A DNA stretch of 64,000 bases from Myxococcota bacterium (GTDB lineage: Bacteria; Myxococcota_A; UBA9160; UBA6930), in NCBI GenBank assembly GCA_965223705.1, contig OZ245015.1, positions 1,120,001-1,184,000 of the forward strand, read 5' to 3'. The translations under genes and the position numbers were made by a program. Positions within the stretch are counted from its first letter, which is position 1. Every line of letters starts with the position of its first letter. The notes below the pieces were generated by a model that did no database searches, had not been told where the DNA came from, and saw only the letters and a list, made by a program, of their open reading frames with translations. This document shows positions 18,715-28,506 of this stretch, one piece after another.

Positions 18715-20193
18715 GTGAGCGAGCAAGAACAAGAGGTACGTCGCGGCAGGCTCCATGCCCTGCGCAAAGCCGGAATCGATCCGTTTCCCGCGCGCGTCGA
18801 GCCCTTCGATGCGGTCTCGGCGGTGCGGGCGGCTCACGACGCCAAGGACGAGGAGACCCTCGACAAGGAGGCACCGGCAGCGGCGGTCGCGGGAAGGATC
18901 CGCGCCAAGCGGTCCTTCGGCAAGTTGCTCTTCCTCGAAATCGAAGAAGCCGGCGTGCGCATCCAGCTCTCCGCGCGCAAAGGCGAAACACCGGACGACG
19001 TGTTCTCGGGGCTCAAAGAACAAGACATCGGCGATTTCATCCGGGTGGCGGGCACGGTGTGGCGCACGAAGAAGGGCGAGCTCACGATCGCCGCGAACGA
19101 CTCGACGCTGCTCGCGAAGAGCCTGCGCCCGCTGCCGGAAAAATGGCACGGACTCTCCGACGTCGAAGCTCGTTTTCGGCAGCGCTACCTCGACCTCATG
19201 GCCAACCCACGGGCGCGCGAAATCTCGATCCTGCGCAGCCGGGCGGTGAGTGCGATGCGAAGTTTTCTCGACGAGCGCGAGTTTCTGGAAGTGGAGACGC
19301 CGGTTCTTCAGCCCTTGTACGGAGGGGCCGCCGCGAGGCCCTTCGTGACACACCACAACACGCTCGACCAGCAGCTCTACCTGCGGATTTCCGACGAGCT
19401 GTATTTGAAGCGTCTCATTGTCGGCGGGCTCGACCGCGTCTATGAGATCGGCCACAACTTTCGCAACGAGGGCATGTCGCGAAAGCACAATCCAGAGTTC
19501 ACCATGATGGAGTGCTACCAGGCGTACGCGGACTACCGCGACATGATGGATCTGACGGAAGCTCTGGTACAGCACGTCGCGACGAAAGCGCTCGGCCGGC
19601 TCGACCTCGAGTACCAGGGGGCTTCGATCGATCTGTCCGGCACCTGGCCCCGCGTCTCGATGCGCGACGCGATCGCGGAAGCCACGGGAGTCGACATCTA
19701 TCCGGTCGACGATCTCGGTGCGTTGCGCGACGCGATCGCCGCCGCGAACGAGCCCCCCGTCGAAGCGCCGACCTGGGCCAAGGCGGTGGATGAGCTGTTC
19801 AGTCGCGCGGTCGAGCCCAATCTGATCCAGCCGACGTTCATCACGGATTACCCCGCGGCGCTCTCGCCCCTGGCGAAGCGCAATGCGGCGGATCCCGAGC
19901 TCGTCGAGCGCTTCGAACTCTTCCTCGGCGGTTTCGAACTCGCGAACGCGTTCAGCGAACTCAACGACCCCGACGACCAGCGCCAGCGGTTTGAGGACCA
20001 GCGTCGCGCGGCGGCGACCGGGGACGACGAGGCACATCCCATGGATGAAGACTATCTGGCGGCGCTCGAATACGGCATGCCTCCCACCGGCGGCCTCGGC
20101 ATCGGCGTCGATCGGCTGGTGATGGTGCTCGCCGACGCGGCCAATCTCCGCGAGGTGATCTTGTTCCCGCACCTCCGCCCCGAAGCGTCCTAG
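18715..20193 (+). CDS. lysS: Lysine--tRNA ligase (class II)
   Basis: [30 protein letters not shown] and [16 protein letters not shown] motifs. Confidence 0.97.
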   Translation: MSEQEQEVRRGRLHALRKAGIDPFPARVEPFDAVSAVRAAHDAKDEETLDKEAPAAAVAGRIRAKRSFGKLLFLEIEEAGVRIQLSARKGETPDDVFSGLKEQDIGDFIRVAGTVWRTKKGELTIAANDSTLLAKSLRPLPEKWHGLSDVEARFRQRYLDLMANPRAREISILRSRAVSAMRSFLDEREFLEVETPVLQPLYGGAAARPFVTHHNTLDQQLYLRISDELYLKRLIVGGLDRVYEIGHNFRNEGMSRKHNPEFTMMECYQAYADYRDMMDLTEALVQHVATKALGRLDLEYQGASIDLSGTWPRVSMRDAIAEATGVDIYPVDDLGALRDAIAAANEPPVEAPTWAKAVDELFSRAVEPNLIQPTFITDYPAALSPLAKRNAADPELVERFELFLGGFELANAFSELNDPDDQRQRFEDQRRAAATGDDEAHPMDEDYLAALEYGMPPTGGLGIGVDRLVMVLADAANLREVILFPHLRPEAS

Positions 20194-20214
20194 TCGGCGA
20201 GCGAAGGAGGGCTC

Positions 20215-22170
20215 GTGGAGCAGCTTCTCGAGGTTTTGTCCGGCGCGGGTGGCGGTCTCGCACTGGCGTTCATCGTCGGGATCATCGTCGGCATCGCGAC
20301 GCTCGTACTACTCTTCATCGGCTCCGCGGTCGTCGTGTTGGAGCACTTCGCGCGCGCGACGCGCAGCGTTCCGCGCTTGCTGCTCGTGACCTTGGTGTGG
20401 GCACTCCTCCTCACTCCGCTTCTCTTCGATTTGTTGTTTCAATCGATGGCCGGGGCGCCGCTCGCCGAGCGGCTACCCGTGCTCGCGCGGGCCGCGCTGA
20501 TGATGCTCCTCCTCGTTCTCCTCGCCGAGTGCTGCGTCGGACTCCTTCTGCGGTTTATCCGGGGCGAGCTTCTCGGGCGGATCGTTTTGTGGAGCCTGGC
20601 GGTGGGCTACGCGCTCGTTGTCGGCGGCATCGGTCGCCCTTGGCTCTCAGCGGTCCCGGCCGCGGTGATGCTGCTCGCGCTTCTCTGGTTGCGCCGCCGC
20701 CGCGGCATGTCGCGCTTTCTGGCCGCGTGTTGGATCGCGGCCGTTGTCCTTTCGCTGGGCATTCCCTTGGCGGCGACCGGCGGCTCACCGGTCGCTGCCG
20801 AAACGGGCTTGCTCGTGATCGGGTTGGTCGCCGCCGCGATCGGGCTCGGCCTGGTCCCGCTGGCCGCGGCGGGTTTTCTCGAGTCTCGGGGCGGTTACGA
20901 GTGGTTCATCGCAACGCGTTACTTGTTCGCGAAGAGGCGTCAGACGTTTATCTCCGTGATCACCGCGATCTGCGTCGCCGGAGTTGCGGCCGGCGTCTGG
21001 CTCATCGTCACCGTGTTGTCGGTGATGAACGGTTTTGAGCGGACCTGGCGGGAAGAAATCATCGGGAACCGAGCGCACTTCACGGTGCACAGTCCGTTGG
21101 GATCGATCAATGACTACTCCCAGGCGCTCAGCACCCTCGACGCCGTCGAAGGCGTGATTGGCGCGTCGCCGTACGTCGACGCCGAAGGCATGGTGCGCGG
21201 CAGCGCCGGCGAGATCATTGGCGTGCGCGTTCGGGGCATCGACCCCGAACGCATCGCGACCGTGACCGATCTCGCGTCGGATCTCGTCGAGGGCTCCGAG
21301 GGCGCGCTCGATCAGCTAGCGCCCTCGCTCGGCGACTTCGACGAGGGCCTCGACCCGCCACTGCTCGTGGGCAGTCAGCTGGCTTCCTCCCTGGGGCTTC
21401 TCGTCGGCGATCCGATTCTGATCGTCGTCCCGTTCGGTGGCCCCGCGACGCCCTTCGGGCCAGGTCCGCGATTGAAGCGCTTTCGACTGGCCGGGATTTT
21501 TCAGTCGAGCTTCTTTCAGTACGACGAGATCTACACGTATACGAGTTTGGCGGCGGCTCAGGATTTCCGAAGGCTCGGCGATGTCGCGAGTGGCATCGAA
21601 GTGCGCACGACGGATTTCTACCGTTCGAGACAAGTCGCCGAAGAAGCCGAAGCGGCGCTCGACTTCCGCTACTACACCCGGGACTGGAAGGAGTTCTTTC
21701 CCGCTTTCTTCCAGGCCTTGAAGACCGAACGCGTCATGATGTTCGTGTTGCTCACGATGATCATGGTGGTGGCGGCCTTCGCGATCGTCGTCACGCTCAT
21801 CATGATGATCATGGAGAAGTCGAGCGACATCGCGATTCTCAAGACCATGGGCGCGACCGACGATTCCGTCGAGCGGATCTTCGCGATCGAAGGAACCTTG
21901 ATCGGGTTGCTGGGCACGGTTCTCGGGGTCATCGCCGGGATCGCCGTGACGACGCAGCTCGGCTGGGTCCAACAGCAAATCGAAGGGCTCACGGGTATCG
22001 ATACGCTTCCCGCGTCGATCTACCAGTTCTCGACGCTGCCGTGGGAACTCGATGCCGGACAAATCGCCATCGTGGCAACCATCGCGATGGTGCTTTCGCT
22101 CGGAGCGACGCTGCTCCCCAGCCGCCACGGTGCACGCCTCGCACCCGCGGAAGCGCTTCGGTACGAGTAG
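20215..22170 (+). CDS. lolE: Lipoprotein-releasing ABC permease LolC/E with a ~227-aa hydrophobic N-terminal extension
   Basis: YEWFIATRYL...FISVIT...VLSVMNGF begins at aa ~228; EKSSDIAILKTMGA; ends PAEALRYE; upstream of lolD. Confidence 0.88.
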   Translation: MEQLLEVLSGAGGGLALAFIVGIIVGIATLVLLFIGSAVVVLEHFARATRSVPRLLLVTLVWALLLTPLLFDLLFQSMAGAPLAERLPVLARAALMMLLLVLLAECCVGLLLRFIRGELLGRIVLWSLAVGYALVVGGIGRPWLSAVPAAVMLLALLWLRRRRGMSRFLAACWIAAVVLSLGIPLAATGGSPVAAETGLLVIGLVAAAIGLGLVPLAAAGFLESRGGYEWFIATRYLFAKRRQTFISVITAICVAGVAAGVWLIVTVLSVMNGFERTWREEIIGNRAHFTVHSPLGSINDYSQALSTLDAVEGVIGASPYVDAEGMVRGSAGEIIGVRVRGIDPERIATVTDLASDLVEGSEGALDQLAPSLGDFDEGLDPPLLVGSQLASSLGLLVGDPILIVVPFGGPATPFGPGPRLKRFRLAGIFQSSFFQYDEIYTYTSLAAAQDFRRLGDVASGIEVRTTDFYRSRQVAEEAEAALDFRYYTRDWKEFFPAFFQALKTERVMMFVLLTMIMVVAAFAIVVTLIMMIMEKSSDIAILKTMGATDDSVERIFAIEGTLIGLLGTVLGVIAGIAVTTQLGWVQQQIEGLTGIDTLPASIYQFSTLPWELDAGQIAIVATIAMVLSLGATLLPSRHGARLAPAEALRYE

Positions 22171-22175
22171 CGGTC

Positions 22176-22901
22176 GTGGGAAACGAGCCGATCCTCGAGG
22201 CGCGGAGCCTCCACAAGTCGTTTCGAACCGAAACGGCGGAGATTCACGTCTTGCGGGAGGTCGACTTGGCGCTCGAGCCGGGAGAGCGGCTCGCGATTCT
22301 CGGCCAGTCCGGGGTCGGCAAGTCGACCCTGCTCCACGTCCTCGGAGGACTCGATCTGCCGACGAGCGGCGAAGTCCGTTTTCGTGGTCGCGATCTGTCG
22401 ACGTTCGACCCCGTGGAACTCGCGGCGTTTCGCAATCGGTCCCTGGGGTTCGTGTTCCAGTTTCACCATCTGTTGCCCGAATTTTCGGCGCAGGAGAATG
22501 TGATGCTTCCGGGGCTCATCGCCGGTGAAACCCGTCGTGCCATGGCCCCGCGCGCGGCGGCGGTGCTCGACGAAGTCGGCCTTTCGGACCGAGCGAATCA
22601 CCGCGTCGGGAAGCTCTCGGGTGGCGAACGCCAACGCGTGGCCGTGGCGCGGGCACTCGTGCTCGGGCCCGAAATTGTGTTGGCCGACGAGCCGACCGGG
22701 AACCTCGATCCCGAGACCGGTGAGCGCGTGGCCGAGCTGCTTCTCGACTTGAATCGCAAGCGGGGAGCGGCGCTCGTCGTGGTCACACACAGCGAGCGAC
22801 TGGCCGAGCGGCTCGGCCGGCGGATCGTCCTGACAGACGGAGGCGCATTCGATTCCGTCGACCCCACGGGGGCGCCGCCGGTTTCGCAGCTGAGTCGATA
22901 A
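22176..22901 (+). CDS. lolD: Lipoprotein-releasing ABC ATPase LolD
   Basis: GQSGVGKSTLL, FVFQFHHLLPEFSA, LSGGERQR and ADEPTGNLD motifs. Confidence 0.93.
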   Translation: MGNEPILEARSLHKSFRTETAEIHVLREVDLALEPGERLAILGQSGVGKSTLLHVLGGLDLPTSGEVRFRGRDLSTFDPVELAAFRNRSLGFVFQFHHLLPEFSAQENVMLPGLIAGETRRAMAPRAAAVLDEVGLSDRANHRVGKLSGGERQRVAVARALVLGPEIVLADEPTGNLDPETGERVAELLLDLNRKRGAALVVVTHSERLAERLGRRIVLTDGGAFDSVDPTGAPPVSQLSR

Positions 22902-22940
22902 CTCGCCGTTTTTTAAGCCTTTTCGTTGTTCGCGGGGAGC

Positions 22941-22969
22941 TTGCCTGGAATCCACCCCGCAATTACAAT
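22941..22969 (+). promoter_or_regulatory. Putative sigma70 promoter of bamA
   Basis: TTGCCT-N17-TACAAT in an AT-richer intergenic region. Confidence 0.65.
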
Positions 22970-23041
22970 CCGAAGCTCGGCTCGCGCGCGGTACCCCAAC
23001 CGTTCAAAAGCCCAACGCCCACGCGTGCCGCCGAGGGATTC

Positions 23042-26000
23042 ATGCATCTCCGTCCCAACCCCGCCCACGTCCTTCGACGCCTCGTTTGTTGCGTTGTACT
23101 GGCCCTGTCGCTGGCCGGATCAGCGGCCCACGGGCAGGTTTCCGCAGCGGCGGGAGGCGGCGCATCGGACGGCGAAGCGGAACCCATTCGCGTGCTCGTC
23201 GCCGTGTTGCCGTTCCGAGTCTACGCGTCCGAGCCCCGCGCCGATCTGGAGACTTCGCTGACGGAGCTCCTCGTATCGCGTCTCGAGGCGACGGGCGGCG
23301 TCGACGTCGTTCAGTCCGTGACACTGCGCGAGTACTCCGTCGGAGACGGCGCGCTGGCATCCGATGCATCGCTCCGCACCTTGGCGCGCGACGTGGGCGC
23401 CGACTATGTCGTCGCCGGGAGCCTCACCGAGCTCGCGGGGCGATTCAGTATCGACGTGCGCATCACGCCGGTCGGAGAAGCCGTTCCGAGCGATACCGTG
23501 GCCCTCACCGCTGAGGGCGAAGATCAACTGCTCGACCGGGTCGGCGAACTTTCGGACCTGGTCCTCGACCGGATGGGCGTCGCGCCGCCGGAAGAGCGGA
23601 TTGCCGCGGTTCGATTTGAGGGCGTACCGGAGCAGCCGGGCATGCGCGCGCTGATCGAACTCGGGCGCGACGACGTGTACGACCGCGATCTGGCGCGCGC
23701 CGACGCGGATCGGCTGGCCGAGATCCCCGGAGTAGCCAGCACGAGCTTCCGCACGGAGCGAAGTGACGCGGGGCTCGTGTTGGTCTATCGCATCATTCCC
23801 GAGACCGAGCTCCCGCCGGACACGACCCTGCGCGCAGGTGACGAGACGGATCGCGTGGGTCGCGTCGAAGTGACCGGAAATCGTCGTATCGAATCGAGCG
23901 CGATCCTCGCGCGTCTCGACACGCAGCCGGGTGCTGTGTACGACAGTCGCAACATCGCGGCGGACGTCCGGTCGATCTTCGAGCTCGGTTTCTTCCGGGA
24001 CGTGAAAGTGAGTTCCGAAGAAAGCCTCGACGGGCGAGTGATCACCTTCGCCGTCGAAGAGCTCCCAGTGGTGCGCCAGGTGTCGGTGACCGGCAACGAC
24101 TCGATCGACGGCGACGAGATCCGCGATGCCCTGACGCTCACGACGGGCTCGAGCCTCGATCACCCGGTCTTGATCGAGAACCGCGACCGCATCTCCTCGC
24201 TCTACCGTTCGGGCGGCTACTACCTGGCGACCGTCGACTACCAAATCGAAGAGCTCGCCCAGGACGCCGTCGGTATCAATTTCGAGATCGTCGAAGGGAA
24301 GAAGCTCAAGCTGCGCGAAATCCGCTTCGAAGGGAATGAGCACTTCGACTCGGACGAGCTCCAGCTCGGTTTGAAGACGCGACCCTGGCGTTGGCACTCA
24401 CTCGCGACCCAATACCTGGACCACGCCGGCACTTACGCCGAGCCGGTATTTATCCAGGATCTGCAGAACGTCACCGATCGCTATCAGAACGCGGGCTTCC
24501 TCAAGGTGGAAGTCGGCGAGCCCGAGGTGGAGCCCACCGAAGAAGGCCTCACGGCGGTCGTCAAGATCACGGAAGGCAGCCGCTACTCCGTCGGCGAAGT
24601 CGACGTTCAAGGCGATGAGACGATGGATCTCGACGCCCTGCGCGAGATCATCGGACTGGAAGAAGGCGAGTTCTTCAATCGCGGCATGCTGACCGGCGAC
24701 GTCGAGCGGCTCGAGCGCCACTACACCGACCGCGGCTTCTACTTCGCGAAGGTCGAGCCCGAGACCGAGCTGTCCGAGGATGATCTCACGGTCAACGTGA
24801 ACTTCTCCGTCGAAAAAGGACCGCTTTACTTTATTCGGCGCGTCGATATCGCGGGTAACACCATTACGCACGACCCGATCATCCGCCGCGAAATCGCCGT
24901 CGTTGAAGGCCAGCTCTACTCGGCGCGCTCCGTCGCGATCAGTCGGGCTCGCGTTCGCCGCCTCGGGTACTTCGAGGAAGTGAACTTCGAACCGCGCCAA
25001 ACGGACGAGGCCGACCAGCTCGACCTGGGCGTCCGCGTCGTGGAGCGCCCGACGGGTTCGCTCTCCTTCGGCGCCGGGTTCTCGTCACAGGACAGTTTCG
25101 TCTTGAACGGGAGCGTCGCTCAGTCGAATCTATTCGGAAAAGGCTACGGAGCCTCCCTGTCCGCAGATCTCGGAAGTCGGACGGACCGCTTCTTCCTCTC
25201 GTTCACGGATCCCTACTTCCTCGGATCGACGTTCAGCCTGACGTCCCGCATCTTCAGCACTGATATCGAGTTCTCCGACTTCAAGCAGGAATCAAAGGGT
25301 CTCGAATTTACCTTCGGCCACGCACTGAACGACGCGAAGAACGCGCGGGGCTTCTTGCGTTACTCGTATACGAGCCGCGATGTCGACATCGACAACAACT
25401 TCGCGAGCGCAGCCGTGCTCCTTCGAGAGATCTTCACCGACGATCAGGACACGAGCATGGTCGGGCTGATCTACAGCTCCGATACGCGGAACGACCGTAT
25501 CTCGCCGACACGCGGGCGGATCTTGCGGGGTTCGCTCGAGTTCGCCGGGCTCGGCGGCTTTTCGAAGTTTCTGCGCACCGAGGCGACCGCCGTCTACTTC
25601 CGCCGTCTCCCCGGTTGGGTGCCGGCCTGGTTCCCGCTCCGCGATCGCTCATCGATCAGCTTCGGCGCGAGTTTCGGTTGGGTGAACCCGTTCAATGACA
25701 TCTCGGACTTCGATTTCGAGGTGACCGATATCGACACGAACCCCGACGTGGAAGTGCAGCCGTTGGGTCAAATCGATACGGACGCCGAAGTTCCGCTCTC
25801 GGAACGCTATTTCCTCGGCGGTATCGGTCGGCGGGGATTGCGCGGTTTCAAAAATCGATCGGTCGGTCCGCGACGGGCAATCGTCGTCCCGGACGTGTTG
25901 GGAGGCTCGGGCCTGTACGCACCCATTGGCTATGACACGGGGACCCAAGCATGCGCTACTCCCGACGTCCCCTTCTTCGGCGGTAACGGCAACGGCGCGT

Positions 26001-26338
26001 GCAACAGCTTGAGCGATAAAGACATCGACGATTTCGACGATATCGACGAGACGGAAGTTATTGGCGGGAACAAGTTCGTTTCGGTCAAAACGGAATATCG
26101 GTTCCCGATCTCCGAGGCGCTCGGGCTCGTCGGAATTTTCTTTTTCGACGCTGGTAACGCGTTCGACGAGGACCAGAACATCTGGGACTTCGACGAGTGG
26201 CGGTTCGGGACCGGTTTCGGTGGCTTGTGGTTTTCTCCGTTCGGTCCGATCGAGGCGTATCTGGGGTTTCCCCTGGACGCCCTCGAAGACGAGGACGGAA
26301 GCGTATTCGAGTTTTCAGTGGGAGGGGCGCAATTTTGA
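23042..26338 (+). CDS. bamA: Outer membrane protein assembly factor BamA, N-terminally extended (1098 aa)
   Basis: POTRA repeats (VEVTGNRRIE, IAGNTITHDPIIRRE, RLGYFEEV); barrel start ERPTGSLSFGAGFS; LRGF loop-6 motif; C-terminal FEFSVGGAQF. Confidence 0.95.
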   Translation: MHLRPNPAHVLRRLVCCVVLALSLAGSAAHGQVSAAAGGGASDGEAEPIRVLVAVLPFRVYASEPRADLETSLTELLVSRLEATGGVDVVQSVTLREYSVGDGALASDASLRTLARDVGADYVVAGSLTELAGRFSIDVRITPVGEAVPSDTVALTAEGEDQLLDRVGELSDLVLDRMGVAPPEERIAAVRFEGVPEQPGMRALIELGRDDVYDRDLARADADRLAEIPGVASTSFRTERSDAGLVLVYRIIPETELPPDTTLRAGDETDRVGRVEVTGNRRIESSAILARLDTQPGAVYDSRNIAADVRSIFELGFFRDVKVSSEESLDGRVITFAVEELPVVRQVSVTGNDSIDGDEIRDALTLTTGSSLDHPVLIENRDRISSLYRSGGYYLATVDYQIEELAQDAVGINFEIVEGKKLKLREIRFEGNEHFDSDELQLGLKTRPWRWHSLATQYLDHAGTYAEPVFIQDLQNVTDRYQNAGFLKVEVGEPEVEPTEEGLTAVVKITEGSRYSVGEVDVQGDETMDLDALREIIGLEEGEFFNRGMLTGDVERLERHYTDRGFYFAKVEPETELSEDDLTVNVNFSVEKGPLYFIRRVDIAGNTITHDPIIRREIAVVEGQLYSARSVAISRARVRRLGYFEEVNFEPRQTDEADQLDLGVRVVERPTGSLSFGAGFSSQDSFVLNGSVAQSNLFGKGYGASLSADLGSRTDRFFLSFTDPYFLGSTFSLTSRIFSTDIEFSDFKQESKGLEFTFGHALNDAKNARGFLRYSYTSRDVDIDNNFASAAVLLREIFTDDQDTSMVGLIYSSDTRNDRISPTRGRILRGSLEFAGLGGFSKFLRTEATAVYFRRLPGWVPAWFPLRDRSSISFGASFGWVNPFNDISDFDFEVTDIDTNPDVEVQPLGQIDTDAEVPLSERYFLGGIGRRGLRGFKNRSVGPRRAIVVPDVLGGSGLYAPIGYDTGTQACATPDVPFFGGNGNGACNSLSDKDIDDFDDIDETEVIGGNKFVSVKTEYRFPISEALGLVGIFFFDAGNAFDEDQNIWDFDEWRFGTGFGGLWFSPFGPIEAYLGFPLDALEDEDGSVFEFSVGGAQF

Positions 26339-26367
26339 CGCACGGAAGTGCAGAGAGGACAGCAGCA

Positions 26368-26892
26368 ATGCAGCGAAGCGCTCGCATGATTTTCGTGGCC
26401 TGCCTGGTCGGTTTGGTCTCTTGGTCGATTGCCGCGCAGGACAGCGCGGTCAAGATCGGCGTCGTCGACGTCGAGCAGGCGATCTTGTCGACGCAGGAGG
26501 GCAAAGCCGCGCGCGAGGAGTTCAAGCGCAAGGAACAGAAGGCCCAGCAAGAAGTGAAGCCGATGGTCGAGCGGTTCAAGTCGCTTCAGTCGGAGATGGA
26601 AGGCAAGAAGTACGTGCTTTCCGACGAGGCGCTGTTCCAGAAGCAGACCGATCTCCTGGAGCTGAAAAACAAGATCGACAACCGCGTGAAAGAGCTGCAA
26701 GGCCAGCTGAAGATCGACCAGGGACGACTCGAGGCGCCGCTCAAAGCGAAGCTTGTCGGCGTCGTTGAAAAGGTCGGTCGCGATCGCGGCTTTACCTTGA
26801 TCCTGGCGCGCGACACACCCGGCGTCATTTATTCCCGAGAAGCCCTCGACATCACCGATGATGTCGTTTCAAGATTCAACGCGGGAGGGTAG
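26368..26892 (+). CDS. skp: Periplasmic chaperone Skp/OmpH
   Basis: Signal peptide, KIGVVDVEQAIL, coiled coil and DITDDVV end; follows bamA. Confidence 0.93.
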   Translation: MQRSARMIFVACLVGLVSWSIAAQDSAVKIGVVDVEQAILSTQEGKAAREEFKRKEQKAQQEVKPMVERFKSLQSEMEGKKYVLSDEALFQKQTDLLELKNKIDNRVKELQGQLKIDQGRLEAPLKAKLVGVVEKVGRDRGFTLILARDTPGVIYSREALDITDDVVSRFNAGG

Positions 26893-26896
26893 GCAC

Positions 26897-27673
26897 CTGG
26901 CTCGCATCCATCCGTCGGCTGTGGTCGACCCCGCAGCCAAAATCGCGGACGACGTCGATATCGGCCCCTTTGTCGTGATCGGCCCCGACGTAGAACTGGC
27001 GGCGGGCGTCGAGATTCGGTCTCACGCCTTGATCACCGGCTGCACGCGTATCGGCGAGCGGACGAAGGTCTTCTCGAACGCGATCCTCGGTGAAGAACCC
27101 CAGGACAAGAGTTTCTCGGGCGAAGCGACGCGCCTCGAGATCGGCGCCGACAACGTGATCCGAGAAAACGTGTCGATCCATGTGGGTACGCCGAACGGAG
27201 GGGGTTGTACCCAGCTCGGCGACGACAACTTCGTGATGAACGGCGCACACATCGGCCATGACACGAAGCTCGGCTCGCACATCATCATCGCAAGCCAGTG
27301 CGCGATCGCGGGCCACGTGCACATCGAAGACTTCGCGGTGCTGGGTGCCTTCTGTGGTGTGCACCAGTTCGCGCGCGTGGGCGAGTCCTCGATGGTGGCG
27401 GCGATGGCGGGTCTCACCAAGGACGCGCCCCCGTACTCCCTCGTTTCGGGACACCGAGCGCATCTGTCAGGGATCAATAACGTGGGGATCCGCCGCCGCG
27501 GTTTCTCCGATGAAGTGCGCAGTGCGATCAAACACGCGTATCACCTGCTCTTCAACTCGAACCTCCGGCTGAAGCCCGCGGTGGCGCGGGTCCGCGAAGA
27601 ACTGTCCGGAGTCGCCGAGGTCGACCGGCTTCTCGCGTTTATCGAGAGCTCCGACCGCGGAATCAGTCGCTGA
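26897..27673 (+). CDS. lpxA: UDP-N-acetylglucosamine acyltransferase
   Basis: IHPSAVVDP start, hexapeptide repeats, PQD, HIGHD and VHQF; probable CTG start at 26897. Confidence 0.95.
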   Translation: MARIHPSAVVDPAAKIADDVDIGPFVVIGPDVELAAGVEIRSHALITGCTRIGERTKVFSNAILGEEPQDKSFSGEATRLEIGADNVIRENVSIHVGTPNGGGCTQLGDDNFVMNGAHIGHDTKLGSHIIIASQCAIAGHVHIEDFAVLGAFCGVHQFARVGESSMVAAMAGLTKDAPPYSLVSGHRAHLSGINNVGIRRRGFSDEVRSAIKHAYHLLFNSNLRLKPAVARVREELSGVAEVDRLLAFIESSDRGISR

Positions 27674-27681
27674 CCCGAGCT

Positions 27682-28503
27682 GTGACGCTAGGACTCATCG
27701 CCGGCCAGGGACGCTTTCCGATCGAGGCCGCGCAATCCGCCAGGCGCAACGGGAAGTCCGTCGTCGCCGTGGCCTTCCACGACCTCTTCGATCCCGATCT
27801 CGAGAAAGAGGTCGACGACTTTCATCTCATTTACTTGGGAGAGCTCGGGAAGCTGCTCGGTATTCTCCACGAGGGCGGTTGCGAGAGTGTCTTGCTCGCC
27901 GGGAAAATTCCGAAGACCGTGTTGTTTCAAAACCTGGCCTCCCTGAAGCTCGACGCCCGGGCGCTCGCGTTGGCGGCACAGCTCAAGGACCAACTCGACG
28001 ACTCCGTGTTGGGCCTTTTCGCCGGTGCGCTCGCGGAAGAGGGGTTCTCCGTGCTCGAACAAGCGGATGCGTGTCCGGAGCTGATCGCGGAGCCCGGCAC
28101 GATCGGCAGCCACACGCCGGACGACGAGCAACGTGCGGACATCGCCTTCGCTTGGCCGATTGCGAAAGCGCTCGGCGGACTCGACGTCGGCCAGACCGTC
28201 GTGGTCCACAAGAAAGCCGTGCTCGCTCTCGAAGCGATCGAGGGCACCGACGAAGCGATCCGCCGAGGTGGCGCGCTGGGCGGTCGGGGCGCATGTGTCG
28301 TAAAAGTCGCGAAGCCGTCCCAGGATCCGCGGTTCGATGTTCCCGCGGTCGGCCCCCAAACGCTGCAGGTCGCGCAGGAGGCGGGCATTTCCGTCATCGC
28401 GGTCGAGGCCGGCAAGACCCTCCTCCTCGATCGTGAAGCGCTGATCGCCGAAGCCGATCGAAGCGGCATTGCGATGGTCGGCGTGCACGAGGGCGAGGTC
28501 TAG
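27682..28503 (+). CDS. lpxI: UDP-2,3-diacylglucosamine hydrolase LpxI
   Basis: LGLIAGQGRFP, DVGQTVVV, EAIEGTDEAI and KPSQDPRFDVPAVG motifs. Confidence 0.93.
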   Translation: MTLGLIAGQGRFPIEAAQSARRNGKSVVAVAFHDLFDPDLEKEVDDFHLIYLGELGKLLGILHEGGCESVLLAGKIPKTVLFQNLASLKLDARALALAAQLKDQLDDSVLGLFAGALAEEGFSVLEQADACPELIAEPGTIGSHTPDDEQRADIAFAWPIAKALGGLDVGQTVVVHKKAVLALEAIEGTDEAIRRGGALGGRGACVVKVAKPSQDPRFDVPAVGPQTLQVAQEAGISVIAVEAGKTLLLDREALIAEADRSGIAMVGVHEGEV

Positions 28504-28506
28504 GCT

